In this document: piece after piece, positions 53,873 through 64,000 of the stretch
Position numbering within the stretch: position 1 is the first letter of the stretch
How the letters are laid out: each line of letters opens with the position of its first letter
Assembly (NCBI GenBank): GCA_964016885.1
Contig: OZ024759.1
Coordinates: 7,998,001-8,062,000 of the forward strand
Direction: 5' to 3'
DNA: 64,000 nucleotides
Source: Eledone cirrhosa
Lineage: Eukaryota
The notes under the pieces: generated by a model
The model's input: only the letters and a program-made list of their open reading frames with translations
Told to the model about the DNA's origin: nothing
The model's database searches: none
Position numbers and translations under genes: made by a program

Positions 53873-54392
53873 GGGAGCTGCTCTCTCTGTTGACAAAGAA
53901 GGGTTTCTCCCTGCGTACGAAAGGACGGTTATATGATGCTTGTGTGAGGTGCGCGATGCTGCATGGTAGTGAGACATGGGCAGCAACTGCAGAAGATATG
54001 CGACGGCTGGAGAGAAATGAAGCAAGTATGCTCCGTTGGATGTGCAATGTCAATGGATGTGAACGACCAAGCATGGATGTGTTGAGAGAGAAACTGTGTC
54101 TGAGAGGGTTAGAATGTAGTGTACGGGAGAGGAGACTGAGGTGGTATGGAGATGTGATGCACATGGAGGATGACCAATGGGTGAAGAAGTGCCAAGAAAT
54201 GCCAGTTGAAGGAAGACATGGTAGAGGTAGACCACGAAAAACATGGGCGGAGGTGGTGAGAACAGACCTCAGATCGCTGAAGCTCACGGTGGAGATAACG
54301 AAGGACCGTGACAAGTGGAGAGATGCTGTGCTGAATAAGACCCGTCCCACCCTTGCAAGGAGGGAAAAGCGAACGTAAAATGATGATGATGA
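53873..54392 (+). mobile_element. 5'-truncated RTE LINE
   Basis: RELLSLLTKKGFSLRTKGRLYDACVRCAMLHGSETW...RLRWYG...GRPRKTW with an (ATG)n tail; TA-rich flanks. Confidence 0.9.
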
Positions 54393-54417
54393 TATATATA
54401 TATATATATGTGTGTAT

Positions 54418-54771
54418 AAATAAATTATACAATTATCAAAGTTGTGTTCAAATAATTTAATAGCTGACAATCGTTTCTTCCAAACTCTCGTTTGGAATCA
54501 TCAGAGCATTATCGATGTTTGCACATATAATTAACCTCCTATTCAACTGAACAATGATATAGATATATATAAATTGATGTTGTGAGCAAGTTTCGTATTT
54601 ACAGGGTGGAATGGATGTGACATATATTTTCCGAGAATTGTACAATAATTGTACAAACATTATATGTGCAAACATTGATAATGCTCCGATAACTCCAAAC
54701 GAGAGTTTCGAAGAAACAATTATCATATTAAATGATGTGAACACAACTTTGATAATTGTATAATTTATTTA
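54418..54771. repeat. Inverted repeat, Penelope pseudo-LTR-like
   Basis: aaataaattatacaattatcaaagttgtgttca...gcacatataat mirrored by attatatgtgc...tgaacacaactttgataattgtataatttattt. Confidence 0.85.
54463..54507 (-). ncRNA. Minimal type I hammerhead ribozyme
   Basis: Minus strand: gct CTGATGA ttccaaac gaga gtttggaa GAAA cgattg TC/ agc; same family as 35129-35175. Confidence 0.85.
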
Positions 54772-54911
54772 TTTTCCTACTCTGTAAAACATCTGATGTT
54801 CATACATTGAGCTATTTCTCTTACTGGTAATAACGTAATTAAGAAATTACTGAGCTTCCTGTTTATAGTTGTTTATACTATATACATAACTATAAATAGT
54901 ATTATTATTAT

Positions 54912-54956
<45 letters not shown>

Positions 54957-55019
54957 TCTAATATGCCTACTTGTACTAGCTTATTTCTCTCAAATCTCCT
55001 GGGACGATATAAGCCATGA

Positions 55020-55297
55020 TGACCACCTATCTCACAATTTCAGAAATGAGATGATAGGGACTGGGGTCCATATCATTCCACTGCAAAGTGGTCGTGGAGG
55101 TGCCACGGCAAAAAAGCACCCAGCACTCACTAATTGAGGTTGGTGTTAGGAAGGGCATCCAGATGTAGAAATCAAGCCAGAATCAGTTCCTGTATGAGCA
55201 AGACAAAGTCAGCCGACTGGACACTGCCCACAACAGGACAACCCGTCTAACCCATGCTAGAGCAGAAGAACAGATGTAAAACGGTGATGATGATGAT
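55020..55297 (+). mobile_element. 5'-truncated family-A SINE
   Basis: agaaatgagatgatagggactgggg...ggaagggcatcc...cccatgctag...(tga)n. Confidence 0.8.
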
Positions 55298-55329
55298 ACA
55301 TATATATATATACATACATATATATATAT

Positions 55330-55708
55330 ATGGTGGCTGCCAACTTGTTTTCGAGTACGACCACTACTTTATATCCATGTAGGAGAACCCCTACCGATGC
55401 GCTGAACGAGTGTGACATTTTCGTTCAGCCAGCGACTTGAAAACTCTGGTACAAACACTACACTTGTGACAATTATTGACACATAGTGCTGGGCCCATGG
55501 TACCATGTGACAAGTGCAGAGAGATCTCCAGATATAAAGCAATGCCTGTGCCGTGAAGCTTTTATAGTGAGCAAAGGCACTGCACAAAGCCAGTCCCACT
55601 CTCTTAACCAAGATGATATTTACCAAAAAGAAGAACAAGTCAACATCATTGGATACCATCAGGGTTGAAGGTGTTATATCAGAGTTTTCCTTCTCCTAGA
55701 ATTCTGCC
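55330..55708 (-). mobile_element. Family C RTE-derived retroposon
   Basis: Reverse complement of 34641-35010. Confidence 0.8.
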
Positions 55709-56194
55709 TACATATATATATACATACATATATATATATACATACATATATACATACATATATATACATATATACATACATATATACATACATATATATA
55801 CATACATACATACGTATATACATACATATATATATACATACATATATATATCAAATGGCTGCGATAGCTGGCACCTTCAAAATTTGCAAAACATTCTTGC
55901 GATTCAAGGGATGACAATTTCTTTTCTTTTACAACCTTGCCACCAGGAAGGTGGCCGGTCAAAAAAATATACTCGAAATTAAGAGAAAGAGACAACATAT
56001 ATATACATACATATATACATACATATATATATATACATACATACATACATACATATATATATATACATACATACATATATATATATACATACATACATAT
56101 ATATACATACATACATACATGCATATATATATACATACATATATATATACATACATACATATATATATACATATATATATACATACATATATAC

Positions 56195-56605
56195 ATGGTG
56201 GTGGCTGCCAACTCGTTTTCGAGTACGGCCACTACTTTATATCCATGTAGGAGAACCCCTACCGATGCGCTGAACGAATGTGACTTTTTAGTCCAGCCAG
56301 CGACTTGAAAACTCTGGTACAAAGACTACACTGTGACCATTATTGACACATAGTGCAGGGCCCATGGTACCATGTGATGACAAGTGCAGAGAGATCTCCA
56401 GATATAAAGCAATGCCTGTGCTGTGAAGCTTTTATAGTGAGCAAAGGCACTGCACAAAGCCAGTCCCACTCTCTTAACCAAGATGATATTTACCAAAAAG
56501 AAGAACAAGTCAACATCATTGGATACCATCAGGGTTGCAGGTGTTATATCAGAGTTTTCCTTCTCCTAGAATTCTGCCTTGACAAAGGCTAAGGGGTCAT
56601 CTCCC
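56195..56605 (-). mobile_element. Family C RTE-derived retroposon
   Basis: Reverse complement of 34641-35010, with a longer 5' part. Confidence 0.8.
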
Positions 56606-56917
56606 ATATATACATACATATATATATACATACATACATATATATATAAATATGCATACATGTATATATATACATACATACATATATACATACATATATA
56701 TATATACATACATATATATATACATACATATATATATACATACATATATATATATACATACATATATACATACATATATATATACATACATATATATATA
56801 TACATACATATATACATACATATATATATATACATACATATATATATATACATACATATATACATACATATATATATATACATACATATATATATACATA
56901 CATATATATATACATAC

Positions 56918-56956
<39 letters not shown>

Positions 56957-57460
56957 CATACATATATACATACATATATACATACATATATATATACATA
57001 CATATATACATATATATATCTATACATATACATATCTATACATATACATATATATACATATATACATACATATATATATATACATACATATATATATATA
57101 CATACATATATATATATATACATACATATATATATACATATGTACATACATATATATATACATATACATACATATATATATATACATACATATATATATA
57201 TACATACATATATATATATACATACATACATATATATATATACATACATATATATATATACATACATATATATATATATACATACATATATATATATACA
57301 TACATATATATATATACATACATATATATATATACATACATATATATATATACATACATATATACATACATATATATATATATACCTATACATATACATA
57401 TATATATACATATATAAATACATATATATATATACATACATATATATATATACATACATA

Positions 57461-57515
<55 letters not shown>

Positions 57516-57536
57516 ATACATATATATATATACATA

Positions 57537-57577
<41 letters not shown>

Positions 57578-57737
57578 ACATACATATATATATATATATA
57601 CATACATATATATATACATACATATATATACATATATATATACATATATATATGTACGTATATGTATATGTATGTATATATACATATATATATGTATATG
57701 TATATTTAAATGTATATGTATATGTATGTATATATAC

Positions 57738-57778
<41 letters not shown>

Positions 57779-57838
57779 CATATATATATATATATATATA
57801 TGTATATGTATGTATATATACATATATATATATATATG
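56606..57838. repeat. (TACA/TA)n compound microsatellite
   Basis: 1.2 kb of atacatacatatatat repeats. Confidence 0.95.
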
Positions 57839-57987
57839 ATTTTCTACATATACAGAGTTCTCCAATAAAATGTTGACACATTTCAGAGAAAGAAAAATTT
57901 GTATAAATATTTTAATAATAATTTACTAGAGTACGGTGATGAATGTGACAAATCACTGTGACACTTTAATGACTCTTCCAACTCAGT

Positions 57988-58575
57988 CATCATCATCATC
58001 ATCATCATTTCATTTTATGTCCGCTCTTTCCCTGCTTGCAAGGGTGGGACAGGAACTAATTCTGGCTTGATTTCTACAGCTGGATGCCCTTCCTAACACC
58101 AACCTCATTTACAGTGAGTGCTGGGTGATTTTTTGCCGTGGCACCTCCACGTCCACTTTGCAGTGGAATGATAGGGACCCCAGTCCCTATCATCTCATTT
58201 CTACAGCTGAGTAAACTGGAGCAATGTGAAATAAAGTGTCTTGCTCAAGGAAACAACACATGACCCGGTCTGAGAATTGAACTCACAACCTTTTGATTGC
58301 AAGGCCAATGCTCTAACCACTAAGCCATGTGCCTCCATTGTGAAATAAAGTGTCTTGCTCAAGGAAACAACACGTCACCCAGTCTGAGAATTGAACTCAC
58401 AACGTTTCGATTGCAAGGCCAATGCTCTAACCACTAAGCCATGTGCCTCCATTGTGAAATAATGTGAAATAAAGTGTCTTGCTCAAGGAAACAACACGTC
58501 ACCCAGTCTGAGAATTGAACTCACAACCTTTCGATTGCAAGGCCAATGCTCTAACCACTAAGCCATGTGCCTCCA
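57988..58575 (-). mobile_element. Family-A SINE with triplicated tRNA-like head
   Basis: tgtgaaataaagtgtcttgctcaagg...ccactaagccatgtgcctcca occurs three times in tandem. Confidence 0.9.
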
Positions 58576-58628
58576 TTACCTTATATTAAAAAGTTAACGA
58601 CGAAGAAAAACAAGAAATATTAACAAAC

Positions 58629-58778
58629 CTTGATTGGTCTGTGCATTTCAGGTCGAGTGTATCGGAAGTAAAGTACAGAAAACACAGAAAGTCCAATGGC
58701 TCCCCAGTTTACAAATGAAACGTAGTTGATGAGAGCATACATATCAGATGACACTAGGTAACACAATGACAGAAATCC
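58629..58778 (-). CDS. SLC7 amino acid transporter exon (TM9-10)
   Basis: ccAG acceptor, GTTTGT donor, 150 bp, phase 0-0; GFLSLCYLVSSDMYALINYVSFVNWGAIGLSVFSVLYFRYTRPEMHRPIK has the LAT LINY.SF..W and P...RPIK motifs. Not in the ORF track. Confidence 0.93.
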
Positions 58779-59169
58779 CTGGTGGTCGTCACATCAGTGG
58801 CAGTTGTGGTGGGGGAGATGAAAAAGACAAAAAACAGAAAAATGTTGAGTAACATAGAATGTAATCATACATACATACACACACACACACTTATTTATAT
58901 TTATATATATATATATATAGATGAGATTCTACAGGACTAGAACTGTTTCATTCTTTAGAAATCATCAGGAATCTGATTATTAAAACTTTTATACTCTGCA
59001 ATGTATTGAGTACCTTACTTACTGTGGTTACCTCCGACTCAACCCGGAATAACTTACTATATATAGTCCCTATCATCTCATTTCTACAGCTGAGTATATA
59101 TATATATACTGCCAAGACTGGAATTGAACCATCAAAACCATTGAGGTATGTCATACATCAATTCATGTA

Positions 59170-59231
59170 TTTTATCTGATGAGGACGTACTGAAAAAACA
59201 GCACAGTACCTTCGAAATATTTATAATAAAA
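59170..59231 (+). ncRNA. Minimal type I hammerhead ribozyme
   Basis: ttttat CTGATGA ggacgtactg-loop-cagtaccttc GAAA tattta TA/ ataaaa; same family as 34039-34099. Confidence 0.68.
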
Positions 59232-59373
59232 CATATTTTGATTATGTGAATGTCTTCATTTATTAATATTTTGAATAATATTAATAACTCCAGAAAACTT
59301 CACTGTAGAGTGCTTTTAATCTATTGTAAAACTATATACATTGAGTAATCAATGAATTATATTAATCTTTGGT

Positions 59374-59408
<35 letters not shown>

Positions 59409-59842
59409 CATACACAAATATATATATACATGGATTTACATATACACACACACATACATACATACATACATACATAGAGAGAGAGAGAGAGAGGATTTAC
59501 ATATACACACACATACATACATATATATATATATATGTATGTATGTATGTGTGTGTGTATATGTAAACCCCTCTCTCTCTATATATATATATATGTATGT
59601 AAACACGTATATGTATATATATGTATATATATATATGTAAACTTTCATATGTAATAATCTCCCATTAGGTTGAGATACAAATTTGGCTGCATTGTGCTGT
59701 GCTTTCTAGCAAAAAAGCCACCAGTCGTAAGCAACTACCACACCCCTTCCAACCTGACCGCTGCTACATCACGATTCTTAGCCATTTTGAATGAATTCTT
59801 GGCGCGATCACTTTGAAAAATTTTAGTGTTAGATCAGAGCAA

Positions 59843-59919
59843 ACTTCCTGATGAATCCAGTGCTCGAGTGACATAATTATTACATAATCTCAAAATACGG
59901 ACGAGACCATGGTAGAGGT
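59843..59919 (+). ncRNA. Degenerate hammerhead ribozyme (GAAA mutated to GAGA)
   Basis: acttc CTGATGA atcc...ggac GAGA ccatgg TA/ gaggt; stem I pairs and stem III is the palindrome CCATGG. Confidence 0.5.
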
Positions 59920-60189
59920 ATTTAAATGTATTCTATTTTCTCCTAGTTTATTTTACACCTAATTCTGCTTAGTTGACTGTATCTAGGCGATTACGCTGTC
60001 GAAATATTCGATAAATATTCCGCTACGGCCGACACGAAGGGCTGGTTTTGGTTATTTGTTGGAGATTCCTTCATAGAAGCCTCATTCGTATAGCCTGGTC
60101 TATTCGATTTTTTATATAGTTAATTATGCTAATTGGTAGAGGAAATAGTATATATTTTATCTTGTGATTCTATAGACATGTTTTATGAT

Positions 60190-60795
<606 letters not shown>

Positions 60796-60999
60796 TAAAA
60801 TTGTGCCTCACAGGAAATTAAAATATTTTTTCATTAAAACAGGTCACCATCACCATCACCATCACCATCATATCATATCATATCATATCATCATCACCAT
60901 CATGTATGTTTTCCATGCTGTTATAGGTGAAGTTGTGAGAACAGACAGGTCAGATGACCCAGTCCATACAGCTGGTTAATACCAACTACATTATAGTGT

Positions 61000-61977
61000 A
61001 TACAGAGTGTACTGGGTGTATTGTACCATGACACCAGCACTACCACTTTACAGAGTGTACTGGGTGTATTTTACCATGACACCAGCACTACCACTTTACA
61101 GAGTGTACCAGGTGTATTGTACCATGACACCAACACTACCACTTTACAGAGTATACTGGGTGTATTTTATCATGACACCAACACTACCACTTTACAGAGT
61201 GTACTGGGTGTATTTTATCATGACACCAGCACTACCACTTTACAGAGTGTACTGGGTGTATTGTACCATGACACCAACACTACCACTTTACAGAGTGTAC
61301 TGGGTGTATTGTACCATGACACCAACACTACCACTTTACAGAGTGTACTGGGTGTATTGTACCATGACACCAGCACTACCACTTTACAGAGTGTACTGGG
61401 TGTATTGTACCATGACACCAGCACTACCACTTTACAGAGTGTACTGGGTGTATTGTACCATGACACCAACACTACCACTTTACAGAGTGTACTGGGTGTA
61501 TTGTACCATGACACCAACACTACCACTTTACAGAGTGTACTGGGTGTATTGTACCATGACACCAGCACTACCACTTTACAGAGTGTACTGGGTGTATTGT
61601 ACCATGACACCAACACTACCACTTTACAGAGTGTACTGGGTGTATTGTACCATGACACCAGCACTACCACTTTACAGAGTGTACTGGGTGTATTTTATCA
61701 TGACACCAACACTACCACTTTACAGTGTACTGGGTGTATTGTACCATGACACCAGTACTACCACTTTACAGGGTGTACTGGGTGTATTGTACCATGACAC
61801 CAACACTACCACTTTACAGTGTACTGGGTGTATTGTACCATGACACCAACACTACCACTTTACAGAGTGTACTGGGTGTATTTTATCATGACACCAGCAC
61901 TACCACTTTACAGTGTACTGGGTGTATTGTACCATGACACCAACACTACCACTTTACAGAGTGTACTGGGTGTATTA
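61000..61977. repeat. 48-bp minisatellite, ~20 copies
   Basis: gtgtactgggtgtattgtaccatgacacca(g/a)cactaccactttacaga. Confidence 0.96.
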
Positions 61978-62041
61978 GTCCCAGCACTTTATGTATGTAA
62001 AGCTGACCAGAAGGGTTGACAACAAAGTAAACAATACTAAC

Positions 62042-62138
62042 CATAAATAAAACTGCAGGCATTGGTGTGAGGTTGTTGACAGACACAAAACTCATCACTT
62101 GAGGCATATGGTTCTCTCGACCACCAACAAAGAACAAC
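62042..62138 (-). CDS. SLC7 amino acid transporter exon (TM8-TM9 loop)
   Basis: ttctAG acceptor, GTTAGT donor, 97 bp, phase 2-0; (R)LFFVGGRENHMPQVMSFVSVNNLTPMPAVLFM matches LAT RLFFVG.REGH.P....I......TP.P. The gene continues beyond the window end. Confidence 0.93.
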
Positions 62139-62163
62139 CTAGAATATATTGAAGTTATCTATG

Positions 62164-62485
62164 GAGATTTACCATATATATAATAGAATATGAACTAACC
62201 CCACAATTTTATGGGAAATAGGCAAAAAAATGTTGAGGCAGCTAATCAACATGTTTAGATGTGGTTTTATCATGAGTGGAAAATATATTTATGAAGTTTT
62301 AATAAACACATTTATAGAGATTTACCATATATATAATAGAATATGAACTAACCCCACAATTTTATGGGAAATAGGCAAAAAAATGTTGAGGCAGCTAATC
62401 AACATGTTTAGATGTGGTTTTATCATGAGTGGAAAATATATTTATGAAGTTTTAATTAACACATTTATAGAGATTTACCATATAT
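62164..62485. repeat. 153-bp tandem duplication
   Basis: gagatttaccatatat recurs at 62164, 62317 and 62470. Confidence 0.9.
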
Positions 62486-62687
62486 GAATATAATCCGGCC
62501 CATCTCCCTATTTTATGTCTAAGAAATAGGCTGTGTATAAGCCAGTGAAGGTAATTGACACAGATGGGGTGCTTTAGAAATTCTTAGGAGTGGAAAATAT
62601 ATTTATGAAGTTATAATATTTTGAAATGTTTTAAATGTCGTTTAGAGTATAGTTTCTGTTTCACAACTCCATTATGTAATGATTTTT

Positions 62688-62842
62688 AGGGGCGGTAGAT
62701 TGGCAGTATCGGTAACCCTTGCCATTCTGAGTTCAAATCCCGCCGAGGTTAACTTTGCCTTTCATCCTTACGGGGTCGATAAAATAAAGTACCAGTAATA
62801 CACTGGGATAATTGCTGGCCTTGTGCCAAAAGTAGAAACAAA
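62688..62842 (+). mobile_element. Family-B SINE
   Basis: ggggcggtagattggcagtatcggta...ctgagttcaaatcccgccgagg...gccaaaagtagaaacaa. Confidence 0.85.
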
Positions 62843-63341
62843 TATATAATGATTTTTACCAATTTCCAACCATTTTGAAGACCATATTCATTCAAAATAT
62901 ATCAAAAACCACAGGAAATATGAACTTCACCTCCAGGGTGAAACCAATGTAATATTCACCTCGAAAGTAAAAAATATTTCAGCATTTACATAAAATTTTG
63001 AAGTTGGTGAAAACCAGCAAAATATTGGCCTCGATATAAGTTGCCCCCCCCCCCCTCCCCTCCCCACACTTAACCATCGAATAAATAAAAAAAAATATTT
63101 TGTCATGTATTTCTCAACTTATATACAAGTATATACTCATATATACAAGTATATACTCATATATACAAATATATACTCATATATACAAATATATACTCAT
63201 ATATACAAATATATACAAATATATATGAGTATATTGGTACTCCAAGAACTGTAGTAATGAAGAAACTTTATTTAACAACCTCAATTTAATGGTTGTAAAT
63301 GTAAGCGGTGTAGGTCATATTTGGAGGGATGTGTGTATAAA

Positions 63342-64000
63342 TAATTGTTTCTACTTTAGGCACAAGGCCAGCAATTACCCAGTGCATTACTGGTACTTTA
63401 TTTTTATCGACCCCGTAAGGATGAAAGGCAAGGGCCGTAACTCTATGCATCAAAGCATGGCGTCCGACCCTCTACCGATACTGCCAAATCACCACCCTAA
63501 CATGACGTCCGACCCTCTACCGATACTGCCAATCCACCACCCTAACATGGCGTCCAACCCTCTACCGATACTGCCAATCCACCGCCCTAACATGGCGTCC
63601 GACCCTCTACCGATACTGCCAATCCACCGCCCTAACATGGCGTCCAACCCTCTACCGATACTGCCAATCCACCACCCTAACATGGCGTCCGACCCTCTAC
63701 CGATACTGCCAATCCACCACCCTAACATGGTGTCCAACCCTCTACCGATACTGCCAATCCACCGCCCTAACATGGCGTCCAACCCTCTACCGATACTGCC
63801 AATCCACCGCCCTAACATGGCGTCCGACCCTCTACCGATACTGCCAATCCACCGCCCTAACATGGCGTCCAACCCTCTACCGATACTGCCAATCCACCGC
63901 CCTAACATGGCGTCCAACCCTCTACCGATACTGCCAATCCACCACCCTAACATGGCGTCCAACCCTCTACCGATACTGCCAATCCACCACCCTAACATGG
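63342..64000 (-). repeat. Family-B SINE with 45-bp head-derived minisatellite (runs off window)
   Basis: Same unit and arrangement as 46830-47395; at least 12 copies from ~63456. Confidence 0.92.

Overview
Repeat-rich, AT-rich eukaryotic genomic DNA. The SINE families and microsatellite load suggest a cephalopod/octopus-like mollusc, but this is inference only. Two host genes converge tail-to-tail: the terminal exon of an NADH-glutamate synthase (+, 1949-2118) and the last five coding exons of an SLC7 L-type/y+L amino-acid transporter light chain (-, 62138 down to 46708). All splice junctions are GT-AG and in frame. The rest is mobile and tandem DNA: decayed RTE-clade LINEs, Penelope-like GIY-YIG fragments, a CRE-like endonuclease fragment, two tRNA-derived SINE families, an RTE-derived zinc-finger short retroposon, a probable solo LTR, TTAA-flanked MITEs and at least eight mini/macrosatellites. 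The most notable signal is a set of about six minimal type-I hammerhead ribozymes with palindromic stem III, some in foldback (inverted-repeat) structures and showing compensatory base changes. Second, several minisatellites have monomers traceable to SINE or MITE segments elsewhere in the window. Most long ORFs in the track are microsatellite artefacts. I found no clearly novel protein-coding system; all calls are by eye.
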